A DNA stretch of 64,000 bases from the IMG/VR virus record IMGVR_UViG_3300048694_001252, positions 51,247 through 115,246 of that record. One strand, written 5' to 3'. Below, piece by piece: positions 1 through 11,585 of this stretch; position 1 is the stretch's first letter, and each line of letters opens with the position of its first letter. Origin of the DNA: a virus. The notes beneath the pieces are model-generated. The model worked only from the letters and a program-made list of their open reading frames with translations, had not been told where the DNA came from and did no database searches. The position numbers were made by a program, and so were the translations under genes.

Positions 1-464
1 TATAAAATATTATTCACCGTGGCTGTACCACCAAACCCAAAACTCACAATGTTGGCTGCACTGGCAGATCGAGAAAATACCATCTCGGCTTCCATGACAT
101 ACACCGTGCCCGACGACAGTGTCACACCTACACCAAACACGCTATTGGTACCGGACCCTACAGGATATGACCGGTTTGAATTGATACAAAAATACTGCAT
201 GCCCGGGATGATCCCCCTAAGAGCTCCGCTGGGAGTACCATAAAAACCTTGACCATCGTATTCAATAGATCCAGCAGTGGCCGTGGTCAAGAGGTTACCT
301 GAAGCAAAACTAAGTGGGGCGGCAGAGACATTGCCGGGATTGAGTACATTGCTGAGCAATGTGACATTGCCACTGGGCAATGTCAGTGTACCGGCTCCGG
401 CCGCAGCTGGTGCTTGCAATGTGACCGATCCACTGGTATCTCCGGCTATGGTTACTGCGCTCAC
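1..464 (-). CDS. Tail-fibre-associated protein (partial, runs off the left edge; not in the ORF track)
   Basis: GTG at 464-462 overlaps the TGA of the upstream collagen gene (GTGA). The frame is open to the window edge: [32 protein letters not shown]...[15 protein letters not shown]. Confidence 0.7.
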   Translation of the reverse strand, partial: MSAVTIAGDTSGSVTLQAPAAAGAGTLTLPSGNVTLLSNVLNPGNVSAAPLSFASGNLLTTATAGSIEYDGQGFYGTPSGALRGIIPGMQYFCINSNRSYPVGSGTNSVFGVGVTLSSGTVYVMEAEMVFSRSASAANIVSFGFGGTATVNNIL

Positions 465-3400
465 AGAATCACCCATCTCTGTCCAGATGCCACAGTGACA
501 CTGACGTTGTTGGCTGTGGTAATAGGTCCGATACTAAGAGCGTTATAACCCGATCCCACAGTATAGTTGGCTGTGATAGTGTTCGCTGTGAGTAGTAGTC
601 CATTGGTTGCCAAGAACACCGAACTAGAAAATGTTCCCAATGAAGTCAAGTTGCCGCCGGTAATATTGCCTGTCACGCTGAGCGCATTACTGGTGGCGTT
701 ATAAACAAATCCTGCTGTTGAAACGTTGGCCAACTGGTCAACTCCAGCTGCTCCTACCATAACCGGATAAAGATTAGCGGTAGTGGTATTATTGGTAGCG
801 TTGATTGTATTGGCCGATCCACCGCCCCCACCGCTAGGACCTTGGGCTCCTTGCGTACCCAAAGTACCTTGTGTGCCTGTGGCACCTTGCGTACCCGCCC
901 CTGTAGCACCTTGCGTACCTGTACCTGTGGCACCTTGCGTACCTGTACCTGTGGCACCTTGTGCACCAGTGGCGCCCTGTGTACCTGCCCCTGTAGCACC
1001 TTGTGCTCCGGTCACGCCCTGAGCGCCTGTAGCGCCTTGCGCGCCAGTTGATCCTTGTGCGCCAGTTGTGCCTTGAGTTCCCGTGGTTCCTTGCGCACCT
1101 GTTACACCTTGAGCCCCGGTAGCGCCCTGCGCACCATCTGTGCCCTGTGCACCTATTGTGCCCTGTGCACCTGTTGTGCCCTGTGCACCTGTGGTTCCTT
1201 GAGCTCCGGTTGTGCCTTGTGTGCCATTTGTTCCACTAGTACCCTGTGCACCTGTGGTGCCTTGAGCACCTGTTGTACCTTGTGTGCCATCCGTGCCTTG
1301 TGTACCTGTTGTGCCTTGCGCACCTGTTGTGCCCTGTGCACCTGTGGTGCCTTGAGCACCCGTGATGCCTTGTGTACCTGTGGTACCTGTTGTGCCTTGT
1401 GCGCCCGTAGCACCCTGTGCACCTGTGGTGCCTTGAGCACCTGTGGTGCCTTGTGTACCTGTGGTACCCGTGGTGCCTTGTGCGCCCGTAGCACCCTGTG
1501 CACCTGTTGTGCCTTGAGCACCAGTTGTGCCTTGAGCACCTGTTGTGCCTTGTGTACCTGTGGTGCCCGTTGTGCCTTGTGCACCCGTAGCGCCCTGTGC
1601 ACCTGTGGTGCCTTGAGCACCTGTGGTGCCTTGAGCACCCGTGATGCCTTGTGTACCTGTGGTACCTCTTGTGCCTTGCGCTCCAATCGTGCCTTGTACT
1701 CCCTGTGCACCTGTAGTGCCTTGTGCACCCGTGATGCCTTGCGCTCCAATCGTGCCTTGTACTCCCTGTGCACCTGTAGTGCCTTGTGCACCCGTGGTGC
1801 CTTGTGCACCTGTGGTGCCCTGTGTACCTGTTGTGCCTTGAGTGCCCGTGATGCCTTGCACGCCTTGTGCGCCTGTGGCACCTTGCGTACCGGCTGTGCC
1901 TTGAGCCCCGCTGACCAAGGCCACAAACAGAGTACTGTTATCAGCAAAATTGCTTGATCCGGTACCGCCTGATCCCAACAACATAACCGGATAGGTCCAG
2001 TAGTTGTTGGTAACAGTACTGGGTGTGCCATTTATCTGCCAGCGTTGATAATTGGCACTGTTGGCTCGATCCTGTATGGTTATTACTTCGGTATTCTGGA
2101 TCAGAGCCAAGAATATGTCAATGTCCTGACCATCATCTGTGAGGTGATCAATATTGATAGATGTGGCACTGGTCTGGGCCAAGTTATTCCAGATTACCTT
2201 GCCATCACCTGGATCACCACTGGTACTACCAGTATTGGCTCGATAATTGAATAGGTTGCTACTGCTACCTTGATTACCTTGCGTACCCTGTGTGCCTGTA
2301 GCACCCTGTGTGCCTTGAATGCCTTGAGTACCCGTGATGCCTTGCACGCCTTGTGCACCTGTGGTGCCTTGGGCACCTGTGATGCCTTGAGTGCCTTGTA
2401 TACCCGTGGTTCCTTGTACACCTTGTGTGCCTGTAGTGCCTTGTGCACCCGTGGTGCCTTGTGCACCTGTTGTGCCCTGAGCACCTGTTGTGCCTTGTGT
2501 ACCTAGAGTGCCTTGAGCACCTTGGGTGCCTTGTGCGCCTGTGGCGCCTTGTGCGCCTGTGGTACCTGTTGTGCCCTGAGTACCTGTGGTGCCTTGTGTG
2601 CCATTTGTTCCTGCAGTACCCTGTGTACCATCTGTGCCCTGTGCACCTGTTGTGCCCTGAGCACCTGTTGTGCCTTGTGTACCTGTTGTGCCTTGTGTAC
2701 CTGTGGTGCCTTGTGTACCTGTGGTACCTGTTGTGCCTTGGGCTCCGGTTGTGCCTTGTGTGCCTGTGGTACCTTGTGTACCTGCGGTACCTTGTGAGCC
2801 AGTGGTACCTTGATTGCCCGCAGTGCCTTGCGTACCAGTTTGTCCTTGGATGCCCGTGGTGCCTTGAGCACCTGTGGTACCCTGTGCACCTGTTACCCCT
2901 TGAACGCCTTGTGTACCTGTAGTGCCTTGTGCACCCGTGGCGCCTTGAGCTCCGGTTATACCTTGTGTGCCATCCGTGCCTTGTGTACCTGTGGCACCTT
3001 GAGTACCTGTGATGCCTTGAGTACCTACAGTGCCTTGCACGCCTTGCAAGCCCACAGTGCCTTGTGCACCCTGTACACCCTGTGTGCCGAGAATGCCTTG
3101 GAGACCCTGTGTACCTAGAGTACCTTGTACACCCTGAGTACCTACAGTTCCTTGCACACCTTGTGTGCCTTGAACACCCTGTGTGCCCGTAGTACCTTGT
3201 GAGCCAGTTGCGCCTTGAGCACCCACGGTGCCTTGGCTACCAATCACGCCCTGCGCACCTGTGACGCCTTGAGCACCTGTGGTACCTTGTGCGCCTGTGG
3301 TACCTTGAGTGCCTTGACTACCTGTGGTGCCTTGTGTGCCGTCTGTGCCCTGACTACCGGTAGTGCCCTGTGTACCCGTTGTGCCTTGAGCACCTGTGAC

Positions 3401-6400
3401 GCCTTGAGCACCTGTGACGCCTTGATTACCAATTATGCCCTGGAGACCTTGTGTGCCTGTAGTGCCCTGACTACCAGTAGTGCCCTGGATTCCCGTAGTA
3501 CCTTGCGCACCTGTGACGCCTTGAGTGCCCGTGACACCTTGAGATCCCAAGATACCCTGGATGCCTTGCGCACCTGTTGCACCTTGCGCACCCGTGACAC
3601 CATTGACCAAGGCCACAAATAGATTAGTTTCGTCTGCAAAATTGCTTGATCCGGTACCGCCTGATCCCAACAACATAACCGGATAGGTCCAGTAGTTGTT
3701 GGGTACCGAAGTGGGTGTACCATTTACCTGCCAGCGTTGATAATTGGCACTGTTGGCTCGATCCTGTATGGTTATTACTTCGGTATTCTGGATCAATGCC
3801 AAGAATATGTCAATGTCCTGACCACCGTCGGTTAGATGACTGATATTGATTGATGTGGCGTTGACTTGGGTGGCGTTGTTCCACAACAGATGACCGCTAC
3901 CAGGATCACCACTGATTATGTTGGTATCTGACTTGTAATTGAATAGATTACTGCTAGAGCCAGTATTACCTTGGCTGCCTGTAGTGCCTTGTGTGCCAGT
4001 TGTGCCTTGTGTGCCCGTGGTACCTGTGACGCCTTGAGCGCCTGTTGAGCCTTGGGCACCTGCAATACCCTGTGCGCCCGTGGTACCTTGGCTTCCAGCT
4101 ACCCCTTGTGTTCCTGTGGTGCCTTGAGCACCTGTGACGCCTTGCCCGCCCGTGACACCTTGTGTGCCCTGTGTGCCTGTGACGCCTTGAGCGCCTGTGG
4201 TGCCTTGTGTGCCCGTAGCGCCTTGTGAGCCTGTTGTGCCCTGTGTGCCTGTGACGCCTTGCGCTCCTGTGGTGCCTTGACCGCCAGTTGATCCTTGTGT
4301 GCCCGTAGTGCCCTGACTACCCGTAGTACCCTGAGCACCCGTAGTGCCTTGTGTACCCGTAGTGCCCTGTACGCCCGTAGTGCCTTGTGCACCTGTTGAG
4401 CCTTGGGTACCCTCAACTCCTTGGATACCTTGAATACCTTCTACACCTTGAGCACCTGTGACACCTTGGGTTCCAGTAACCCCTTGAACCCCCGTGGTGC
4501 CTTGTGCACCTTGTGCACCTGTAATGCCCTGAGTACCTACAGTACCTTGGGCACCTGTTGAACCTTGGGTACCCGTGGCTCCTTGCACTCCCTGTGTGCC
4601 CGTAGTACCTTGTGCACCCGTGGTGCCTTGGCCTCCTGTCGCCCCTTGTGTGCCTTGTGTGCCTGTGGTACCTTGTACACCCTGTGTACCAGTTTGCCCT
4701 TGGACTCCTTGTGCTCCAGTAGTACCTTGCGAGCCTGTCACTCCTTGCGTACCCTGTGTACCTGTGACGCCTTGTGCGCCATCTGTGCCCTGTGCACCTG
4801 TGGTGCCTTGACCTCCGGTAGCACCTTGTGTACCCTGTGTACCTGTGGTGCCTTGTGTGCCCGTGATGCCTTGGCCGCCTGTGGCACCTTGACTACCTGT
4901 GGTGCCTTGTGTGCCTTGACTACCAGTAGATCCCTGCGCACCTGTGGTGCCCTGTGCGCCATCCACACCTTGTACACCTTGTGTACCAGTGGTACCTTGT
5001 ACACCTTGGCCGCCTGTAACACCTTGTGTGCCTTGTGTACCTGTTGTGCCTTGAGCACCCGTAACGCCTTGGGTGCCTTGCGTACCGGTTTGTCCTTGAG
5101 TTCCTGTGGTGCCTTGTGCACCAGTGACGCCTTGAGTTCCTCCTACTCCCTGTACACCTTGGCTGCCTACAATACCTTGGGTGCCTGTGGTTCCTTGTGC
5201 ACCTGTAGTGCCCTGCGTACCTGTGGCGCCTTGTGTGCCTGTGGTACCTTGTGTACCCGTAACGCCCTGTGCGCCATCTGTACCCTGAGCGCCTGTGATG
5301 CCTTGTGTGCCAGTTGTGCCCTGAGTGCCTGTGGTGCCCTGTGAGCCAGTTGTACCTTGTGTGCCAGTTGTACCTTGTGTGCCAGTTGTACCTTGGGAGC
5401 CAGTTGTACCTTGGGAGCCGGTTGTACCTTGTGCGCCTGCGGGTCCGGGCGTACCACCAAGATTTACCTCCCAAGATGTGTAACTACCGGTTCCCGTTGC
5501 TGTGGTAATATTGGCCACCATGGCGCCGGTACCACTGTCATAACTGGTAACAGTACCATCCATGTAGTTGTTGGCATCGTAACTGATGATAATGTTCTGA
5601 GATGGGATATAGGCCAGGCTGGTTCCCACCGTGAGAGATTTAGATCCTGTGCCAATGGATAGATTGGTTGAGCTAGTGGTTTGATAGGCATCGCCTGTGA
5701 TGCCTTGTGATCCAATCGTGCCTTGTACACCCTGCGTACCTTGCGAGCCATTTGTTCCCTGTGTACCTGTAGTGCCTTGACTACCTACAGTACCTTGCGA
5801 ACCAGTAGTGCCTTGGATACCTGTGATACCTTGGCCGCCTGTAACTCCCTGTGTACCCTGTGTGCCTTGCGTACCTGTGACACCTTGACCGCCCACAGCA
5901 CCTTGACTGCCTACCGCGCCCTGTACGCCCTGACCTCCCACTGCACCCTGTACACCTTGAGTGCCCGTGATACCTTGAGTGCCCGTAGTGCCTTGTGCAC
6001 CAGTAGATCCTTGAGCGCCAAGAACTCCCTGTGTGCCTTGTGTGCCAGTATTGCCTTGTGTGCCCGTAGTTCCTTGAGCACCTGTGGTGCCCTGTGTACC
6101 CGTAGAGCCTTGAGCTCCTTGACTACCTGTGGTTCCTTGCGAGCCCGCAGTACCCTGTGTGCCTGTTATGCCTTGTGAGCCAGTAGTGCCTTGTACACCT
6201 GTCGCGCCTTGCGAGCCCGTAGTGCCTTGTGTGCCAGTTGTACCCTGTGATCCAATCGTGCCTTGTGTGCCTTGACTACCTGTGGTGCCTTGCGAGCCCG
6301 CAGTACCCTGTGTGCCTGTGGTGCCTTGAGCACCTGTGGTGCCTTGGCCGCCCGTGACACCTTGTGTGCCTTGAGTGCCCGTAACGCCCTGTGTGCCAGT

Positions 6401-7837
6401 TGTACCTTGTGCTCCAGTTTGTCCTTGACTACCGGTCACTCCCTGCGTACCCTGTGTGCCTGTGACGCCTTGCACTCCTGTAGTGCCTTGTGTGCCTGCG
6501 GTGCCCTGCGTACCTGTGGTGCCTTGTGATCCAACCGTACCTTGTGATCCGGTAGTGCCTTGTGTGCCCGTAGTGCCTTGTGCACCAACGGTGCCTTGCG
6601 ATCCTAGGGTGCCTTGAACACCTTGACTGCCTACGATACCTTGTGCACCAGTCTGACCTTGCGTACCTGTGGTGCCTTGAGTACCCGTGATGCCTTGTGT
6701 ACCCGTGGTGCCTTGTGTTCCCTGTGTGCCTGTAGTGCCTTGCGCACCCGTGATGCCTTGAGCGCCTGTGGCTCCTTGCACACCTTGAATTCCAGTAGTA
6801 CCTTGGCTGCCCACGCTACCTTGTACGCCTACCAGGCCTTGTGTGCCTACCACGCCTTGGAGACCTGTGGTTCCTTGCAAACCCTCAGTACCCTGTGTGC
6901 CCGTAGTGCCCTGAGTGCCCGTGGTACCCTGTGTGCCTGTGGTACCTTGCGCACCTGTGGTGCCTTGAGTGCCCGTGGTACCCTGTGTGCCTGTGGTACC
7001 TTGTGCGCCATCTGTTCCCTGTGTGCCTACCACGCCCTGGATGCCTTGTGCACCCACGGTGCCTTGACTTCCGGCTACGCCCTGACTGCCTGTGGTACCT
7101 TGGGTGCCACTCACTATGGACTGGCCGTTGGCTAGATAGAATGCATCGCCTACGATATTGCCGGCGGTTGTCAGTCCCTCGGCAGAAAACGTGGTCTGGC
7201 TACCAGTAGGATCACTGAGGATAAGGCTGTCGGCATTGGCCGAGATCTCAGCTGAACCCAGATATATGGTGCTGTTGGATAGATAGAGGTCGCGCCAACG
7301 AGCTGTGTCACTGCCTAGATCATAGGTGATGTTGGCTGCGGGTTCTAGATTGGCTGCGAATGTCACCTGGTTGCTGGCAAAAACAACCACATTACCGGTG
7401 CCGTTGATGCCCACTGTGATATTGCTGTCAGCTGCTAACACGCTCACGTTGGAAGTACCATTGGCGATGGCAGTACCATTGCCTGCACCGCCGCCGGAGA
7501 TACCGGTTAGAAATCTACCATTGCCATAATAGTAGCGGCTGTAGGTGCTGTCAAAGTAGCGATTGGCCGATCCTAGGTCATAAACGGAATCTATATTGGG
7601 CACCACGGTACTGGCCATGGTCACATTGCCTATCCCGTTGCCGGCTAAGACCAGATCTAGATTGGTTTCATTGGTACTGACACGATTGTTGGAGATCTGG
7701 ACTTGGCTGTTGACCGGTCCCGCTGTCCATATATTGGCAAAATTGTTATTGACCGCTTGAAAAGCGTCGCGCAGACTTTCACCCGTGCCGTCATTTACCG
7801 CACCGATGTCTATTAGCTGTTGTGGTGTATCGCTCAT
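461..7837 (-). CDS. Giant collagen-like fibre protein (2458 aa)
   Basis: N-terminal [18 protein letters not shown] anchor motif typical of T4-like fibre/baseplate proteins. Four long Gly-X-Y tracts (G-[ATS]-Q-G-[TVAI]-T) are separated by three globular inserts. Short C-terminal domain ...[22 protein letters not shown]. Confidence 0.85.
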   Translation of the reverse strand: MSDTPQQLIDIGAVNDGTGESLRDAFQAVNNNFANIWTAGPVNSQVQISNNRVSTNETNLDLVLAGNGIGNVTMASTVVPNIDSVYDLGSANRYFDSTYSRYYYGNGRFLTGISGGGAGNGTAIANGTSNVSVLAADSNITVGINGTGNVVVFASNQVTFAANLEPAANITYDLGSDTARWRDLYLSNSTIYLGSAEISANADSLILSDPTGSQTTFSAEGLTTAGNIVGDAFYLANGQSIVSGTQGTTGSQGVAGSQGTVGAQGIQGVVGTQGTDGAQGTTGTQGTTGTQGTTGAQGTTGTQGTTGTQGTTGTQGTEGLQGTTGLQGVVGTQGLVGVQGSVGSQGTTGIQGVQGATGAQGITGAQGTTGTQGTQGTTGTQGITGTQGTTGTQGQTGAQGIVGSQGVQGTLGSQGTVGAQGTTGTQGTTGSQGTVGSQGTTGTQGTAGTQGTTGVQGVTGTQGTQGVTGSQGQTGAQGTTGTQGVTGTQGTQGVTGGQGTTGAQGTTGTQGTAGSQGTTGSQGTQGTIGSQGTTGTQGTTGSQGATGVQGTTGSQGITGTQGTAGSQGTTGSQGAQGSTGTQGTTGAQGTTGTQGNTGTQGTQGVLGAQGSTGAQGTTGTQGITGTQGVQGAVGGQGVQGAVGSQGAVGGQGVTGTQGTQGTQGVTGGQGITGIQGTTGSQGTVGSQGTTGTQGTNGSQGTQGVQGTIGSQGITGDAYQTTSSTNLSIGTGSKSLTVGTSLAYIPSQNIIISYDANNYMDGTVTSYDSGTGAMVANITTATGTGSYTSWEVNLGGTPGPAGAQGTTGSQGTTGSQGTTGTQGTTGTQGTTGSQGTTGTQGTTGTQGITGAQGTDGAQGVTGTQGTTGTQGATGTQGTTGAQGTTGTQGIVGSQGVQGVGGTQGVTGAQGTTGTQGQTGTQGTQGVTGAQGTTGTQGTQGVTGGQGVQGTTGTQGVQGVDGAQGTTGAQGSTGSQGTQGTTGSQGATGGQGITGTQGTTGTQGTQGATGGQGTTGAQGTDGAQGVTGTQGTQGVTGSQGTTGAQGVQGQTGTQGVQGTTGTQGTQGATGGQGTTGAQGTTGTQGVQGATGTQGSTGAQGTVGTQGITGAQGAQGTTGVQGVTGTQGVTGAQGVEGIQGIQGVEGTQGSTGAQGTTGVQGTTGTQGTTGAQGTTGSQGTTGTQGSTGGQGTTGAQGVTGTQGTTGSQGATGTQGTTGAQGVTGTQGTQGVTGGQGVTGAQGTTGTQGVAGSQGTTGAQGIAGAQGSTGAQGVTGTTGTQGTTGTQGTTGSQGNTGSSSNLFNYKSDTNIISGDPGSGHLLWNNATQVNATSINISHLTDGGQDIDIFLALIQNTEVITIQDRANSANYQRWQVNGTPTSVPNNYWTYPVMLLGSGGTGSSNFADETNLFVALVNGVTGAQGATGAQGIQGILGSQGVTGTQGVTGAQGTTGIQGTTGSQGTTGTQGLQGIIGNQGVTGAQGVTGAQGTTGTQGTTGSQGTDGTQGTTGSQGTQGTTGAQGTTGAQGVTGAQGVIGSQGTVGAQGATGSQGTTGTQGVQGTQGVQGTVGTQGVQGTLGTQGLQGILGTQGVQGAQGTVGLQGVQGTVGTQGITGTQGATGTQGTDGTQGITGAQGATGAQGTTGTQGVQGVTGAQGTTGAQGTTGIQGQTGTQGTAGNQGTTGSQGTAGTQGTTGTQGTTGAQGTTGTTGTQGTTGTQGTTGTQGTTGAQGTTGAQGTDGTQGTAGTNGTQGTTGTQGTTGTTGAQGATGAQGTQGAQGTLGTQGTTGAQGTTGAQGTTGAQGTTGTQGVQGTTGIQGTQGITGAQGTTGAQGVQGITGTQGIQGTQGATGTQGTQGNQGSSSNLFNYRANTGSTSGDPGDGKVIWNNLAQTSATSINIDHLTDDGQDIDIFLALIQNTEVITIQDRANSANYQRWQINGTPSTVTNNYWTYPVMLLGSGGTGSSNFADNSTLFVALVSGAQGTAGTQGATGAQGVQGITGTQGTTGTQGTTGAQGTTGAQGTTGAQGVQGTIGAQGITGAQGTTGAQGVQGTIGAQGTRGTTGTQGITGAQGTTGAQGTTGAQGATGAQGTTGTTGTQGTTGAQGTTGAQGTTGAQGATGAQGTTGTTGTQGTTGAQGTTGAQGATGAQGTTGTTGTQGITGAQGTTGAQGTTGAQGTTGTQGTDGTQGTTGAQGTTGAQGTSGTNGTQGTTGAQGTTGAQGTTGAQGTIGAQGTDGAQGATGAQGVTGAQGTTGTQGTTGAQGSTGAQGATGAQGVTGAQGATGAGTQGATGAQGATGTGTQGATGTGTQGATGAGTQGATGTQGTLGTQGAQGPSGGGGGSANTINATNNTTTANLYPVMVGAAGVDQLANVSTAGFVYNATSNALSVTGNITGGNLTSLGTFSSSVFLATNGLLLTANTITANYTVGSGYNALSIGPITTANNVSVTVASGQRWVIL
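840..7110 (-). repeat. Degenerate 9/18-nt Gly-X-Y coding repeats in four tracts (approx. 840-1905, 2270-3600, 3960-5445, 5695-7110)
   Basis: Units such as ccttgtgcacctgtggtg repeat continuously and encode GAQGTT-type hexapeptides. Confidence 0.9.
1910..3960 (-). repeat. Duplicated ~120-aa globular domain (approx. 1910-2268 and 3600-3960)
   Basis: Both copies read SSSNLFNY...[36 protein letters not shown]...[23 protein letters not shown] and share long nucleotide-identical stretches. Confidence 0.9.
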
Positions 7838-7856
7838 TTAGTGGGATCCTATAGGA

Positions 7857-7862
7857 TATTTA
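7857..7862 (-). promoter_or_regulatory. Late promoter box TAAATA
   Basis: ggTAAATAtcctataggatcccactaaATG upstream of the collagen gene; resembles the T4 late promoter TATAAATA. Confidence 0.65.
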
Positions 7863-7889
7863 CCAATTTAGATCCCAAACTATTTTGCG

Positions 7890-10800
7890 CTAGACTCTGC
7901 CCACCACGATTTCAATCAGGCCCTGATCGCCCTCAAAGTTTTCCAGACTCTTGCCTATAATAGCACCAGTTGGGGGGTCTGCATCCGATCTGGCCGCGCC
8001 GTTGCCCGCGCTCACCATCATGTCGCCCTTGCGTATCACGCCCGTGACACGGGTTTTTACCCGCCCCTGCAGAGCCAGCAGTACCGGATGTTCAGCTGAT
8101 ATGCCCGCGTTCATGACGTGTCCCGGACCGGTACTGACCACACCGGCCACGGCTCGATCACCATCAACTGAACTGATAGTTACTTCGTGTGTGCCACCAA
8201 AGCAGAGCACAGTACCCGGTTCATAGTCTTGATCGGCGCTGTATTTTTCGGCCAAGTCGGCATATTGAGCTTGTGTTGATGTGACCTGTAGCGTGTTATT
8301 TGCTGCATCAAAACTGAATGCCGTGGCTGCTGTTCGAACTGAGGCTGTTTGGTTGCTACCGGCTGCGGCCACAAAAACCGGATAGAATGTACCAGTTGTG
8401 ACCGCTGTGGCATTGATAGCCGTACTGGGTCCAGTGGAGCCCTGAGTGCCCGTGGAGCCCTGAGTGCCCGTGGAACCCTGAGCGCCTGTAGCACCTTGAG
8501 TACCAGTACCTGTGGTACCCTGTGCACCTGTTGTGCCTTGTGCACCTGTGGTGCCTTGTGTGCCATTTGTTCCTGCAGTACCCTGTGCACCTGTGGTGCC
8601 TTGAGCACCTGTGGTACCTTGTGTGCCATTTGTTCCTGCAGTACCCTGTGCACCTGTGGTGCCTTGAGCACCTGTAGTACCTTGTGTGCCATTTGTTCCT
8701 GCAGTACCCTGTGCACCTGTGGTGCCTTGTGCGCCATTTGTTCCACTAGTACCCTGTGCACCTGTGGTGCCTTGTGTGCCATTTGTTCCACTAGTACCCT
8801 GTGCACCTGTGGTGCCTTGGCCGCCGGTGGCACCTTGTGTGCCATTTGTTCCACTAGTACCCTGTGCACCTGTAGCACCTTGGCCGCCAGTGGCACCTTG
8901 TGTGCCATTTGTTCCACTAGTACCCTGTGCACCTGTGGTGCCTTGAGTGCCAGTACCTGTGGTGCCTTGTGCACCTGTGGTACCTTGTGTGCCATTTGTT
9001 CCACTAGTACCCTGTGCACCTGTGGTACCCTGTGCACCTGTGGTGCCTTGTGCGCCATTTGTTCCACTAGTACCCTGTGCACCTGTAGTGCCTTGTGTGC
9101 CATTTGTTCCACTAGTACCCTGTGCACCTGTGGTGCCTTGTGCACCTGTTGTACCTTGAGCACCTGTGGTACCTTGTGTGCCATTTGTTCCACTAGTACC
9201 CTGTGCACCTGTGGTGCCTTGAGCACCTGTAGCACCTTGTGTGCCATTTGTTCCATTAGTACCCTGTGCACCTGTGGTGCCTTGGCTACCAGTAGCACCT
9301 TGACTACCTGTGATACCTTGAGCACCTGTTGTTCCTTGAACACCTGAACCTGTAGTGCCTTGAGTACCTTGGGTACCCGTAGCTCCTTGGGTACCAGTAA
9401 TTCCCTGTCGACCTTGAATACCTTGAGTGCCCTGTGCACCTGTGGTGCCTTGGCTACCAGTAGCACCTTGACTACCTGTGGTGCCTTGAGCACCTGTGGT
9501 GCCTTGAGAACCTGCACCTGTGGTGCCTTGTGGTCCCGGAGTTCCACCAAGATTTACTGACCAAGAACTATAAGTACCAGATCCAGTAGTACTAGTAATA
9601 TTGGTTACTAGCTGTCCAGTACCGCTGTTATAACTGGTAACAGTTCCTGACATATAATTGCTACCGTCATATGAGATAACAATATTTTGAGATGAGATAT
9701 ATGCTAAATTGGTACCAACAGTTATCGTTTGACTGCCAGTTGCAATAGTCAGACTAGTTGAGCTAGTGGTTACATAAGCGTCGCCAGTTATACCTTGTGA
9801 ACCTAGAATACCTTGCGATCCAGTGCTGCCTTGACTACCTGTAGCACCTTGGGTACCTGTGGCTCCTTGGGTACCAGTAATTCCCTGTCGACCTTGAATA
9901 CCTTGAGTGCCCTGTGCACCTGTAGTGCCTTGGCCACCAGTAGCGCCTTGACTACCTGTAGCACCTTGACTACCTGTGATGCCTTGCGCACCTGTGATGC
10001 CTTGGCCGCCGGTGGCACCTTGTGTGCCATTTGTTCCACTGGTACCCTGTGCACCTGTGGTGCCTTGTGTGCCATTTGTTCCACTGGTACCCTGTGCACC
10101 TGTGGTGCCTTGGCCACCAGTAGCGCCTTGACTACCTGTGATGCCTTGAGTACCTGCACCTGTGGTGCCTTGGCCACCAGTAGCGCCTTGGCCACCAGTA
10201 GCGCCTTGACTACCTGTGGTGCCTTGAGTACCTGCACCTGTGGTGCCTTGGCCACCAGTAGCGCCTTGTGTTCCCAATAAACCTTGAACGCCTTGAGTGC
10301 CCATGGTTCCTTGGCTGCCTGTGACACCTTGAGCACCTGTGCTACCTTGTGTTCCTTGTATTCCGGTAGCTCCTTGAGGACCGGTTGTGCCTTGCGCACC
10401 AGATCCAGTACTGCCCTGTATGCCCGTGGCACCTTGAGCACCAGAAGCTTGCACAGCCACACCATTGGCATATTGGAATCCTGCAGCAATGACGTTGCCA
10501 ACTGCTGTGACTTTACCGCTAGAAAACACATTTCCGCTGGCAGAAATTGCACCAGTGGCATTGACATTTGCACCCTGGACATTGCCCGATGCTGATACTG
10601 TAACACCTTGCACCAGCGCGGCAGATATTAGATTACCACTGGTGACATTTCCCGAAACTGAAACTGTGGTCCCAGTATGGATCACTGCGTTGACATTGGC
10701 CCCACCAAGTATATTGGCACCAGTAATATTGCCCGTGACTGATAGTCCAGTACCGTTGAATATTGCTGCTTGAGATCCACCAATACCCACTGTGACCGCA

Positions 10801-10997
10801 CCGCCGGCGCTGACCACCTTGACATTGCTGGTACCATTGGTTATTTGATTAACCGATACGTTGCCACCAATACTGGTATTTCCGTTGATGGTTAGATCCC
10901 CGGTGATGGTAGTTGCCCCAGCCGAAAGCTTGATCGAATCTGTAGGATCTATGGTTTCGATGGTGTAATTGCCGCTAACGCGCTTGATTGTGCTCAT
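7890..10997 (-). CDS. Collagen-like fibre protein with C-terminal intramolecular-chaperone/autoproteolytic-like domain (1035 aa)
   Basis: Two Gly-X-Y tracts. C-terminus AQYADLAEKY...PGTVL...VAGVVST.PG..MN...ALQGRV...KGDMMVS...IIGKSLE...IEIVVGRV. Ends in TAG. Confidence 0.8.
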   Translation of the reverse strand: MSTIKRVSGNYTIETIDPTDSIKLSAGATTITGDLTINGNTSIGGNVSVNQITNGTSNVKVVSAGGAVTVGIGGSQAAIFNGTGLSVTGNITGANILGGANVNAVIHTGTTVSVSGNVTSGNLISAALVQGVTVSASGNVQGANVNATGAISASGNVFSSGKVTAVGNVIAAGFQYANGVAVQASGAQGATGIQGSTGSGAQGTTGPQGATGIQGTQGSTGAQGVTGSQGTMGTQGVQGLLGTQGATGGQGTTGAGTQGTTGSQGATGGQGATGGQGTTGAGTQGITGSQGATGGQGTTGAQGTSGTNGTQGTTGAQGTSGTNGTQGATGGQGITGAQGITGSQGATGSQGATGGQGTTGAQGTQGIQGRQGITGTQGATGTQGATGSQGSTGSQGILGSQGITGDAYVTTSSTSLTIATGSQTITVGTNLAYISSQNIVISYDGSNYMSGTVTSYNSGTGQLVTNITSTTGSGTYSSWSVNLGGTPGPQGTTGAGSQGTTGAQGTTGSQGATGSQGTTGAQGTQGIQGRQGITGTQGATGTQGTQGTTGSGVQGTTGAQGITGSQGATGSQGTTGAQGTNGTNGTQGATGAQGTTGAQGTSGTNGTQGTTGAQGTTGAQGTTGAQGTSGTNGTQGTTGAQGTSGTNGAQGTTGAQGTTGAQGTSGTNGTQGTTGAQGTTGTGTQGTTGAQGTSGTNGTQGATGGQGATGAQGTSGTNGTQGATGGQGTTGAQGTSGTNGTQGTTGAQGTSGTNGAQGTTGAQGTAGTNGTQGTTGAQGTTGAQGTAGTNGTQGTTGAQGTTGAQGTAGTNGTQGTTGAQGTTGAQGTTGTGTQGATGAQGSTGTQGSTGTQGSTGPSTAINATAVTTGTFYPVFVAAAGSNQTASVRTAATAFSFDAANNTLQVTSTQAQYADLAEKYSADQDYEPGTVLCFGGTHEVTISSVDGDRAVAGVVSTGPGHVMNAGISAEHPVLLALQGRVKTRVTGVIRKGDMMVSAGNGAARSDADPPTGAIIGKSLENFEGDQGLIEIVVGRV

Positions 10998-11585
10998 CTA
11001 AAGGTCCTTTGGATTATTTAGTCGTCGTTGTAGGTCTTCTAGATCCAGATGAAACAGGTTAGCCAATCCATCAAATTGAGCAATATGCGCCGTGGTTGAT
11101 CCACGCACTCGGACAAAACGTATCCGCGGGAAATCGCCGGCGATACGCAGAATCTGCCGTGTCCAATTACCGGTATAAGTGGGTTGACTGCTGCTTTTTT
11201 TGTAGAATTCGGTATCCGCATACACATTGTTGAACAGATCGCCCGGCATTGGCCCCATATCAAATCCCACGAGATATATGGGATCATGATGGGCCAGTGC
11301 AGCCAAACTCACGGCCAATGGACCTGAACTAAATCCAAAATACTGCTGGGGTACAGACTTGGCACCTAGACCCGGAATAGGTTTACGAGTATAGAACTCG
11401 TATTGAGCCGAATAGCCACTCTCTTGTATGGCCGTGCTTATGGGTCTATCTGTAGACACCAATACTGTGGGTATAAATTCACGATAGAGAGCATTACAAC
11501 CATAGACGGGACCATGTCTTTTTACCTGATCCAGATCCAGCCCCATGCGACTGCGCCCGTTACCCAACACAAAAGCCACACTCAT
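10998..11585 (-). CDS. Rossmann-like nucleotide-sugar/transferase-type protein (DUF115/MptE-like or sialyltransferase-like fold)
   Basis: Motifs AFVLGNGRS, VYGCNALYR, SSGPLA and IYLVGFD. GGAGG RBS. Its TAG stop abuts the next ATG in frame. Confidence 0.55.
   Translation of the reverse strand: MSVAFVLGNGRSRMGLDLDQVKRHGPVYGCNALYREFIPTVLVSTDRPISTAIQESGYSAQYEFYTRKPIPGLGAKSVPQQYFGFSSGPLAVSLAALAHHDPIYLVGFDMGPMPGDLFNNVYADTEFYKKSSSQPTYTGNWTRQILRIAGDFPRIRFVRVRGSTTAHIAQFDGLANLFHLDLEDLQRRLNNPKDL

Noticed and set aside
1910-3960. Diversity-generating retroelement template/variable repeat pair
   Set aside because: Both copies are coding within one ORF, the differences are not adenine-specific, and no reverse transcriptase is present in the window.
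840-10445. Repeat arrays as CRISPR or other non-coding arrays
   Set aside because: Units are degenerate at third codon positions, have no unique spacers and keep one reading frame. No cas genes are present.
754-10773. Dozens of Cys/Ala/Leu-, Val/Pro- or His/Lys/Gln-rich ORFs overlapping the collagen genes
   Set aside because: They are antisense or alternate-frame shadows of the 9/18-nt repeats, which lack stops in several frames. They have no RBS or independent signal.
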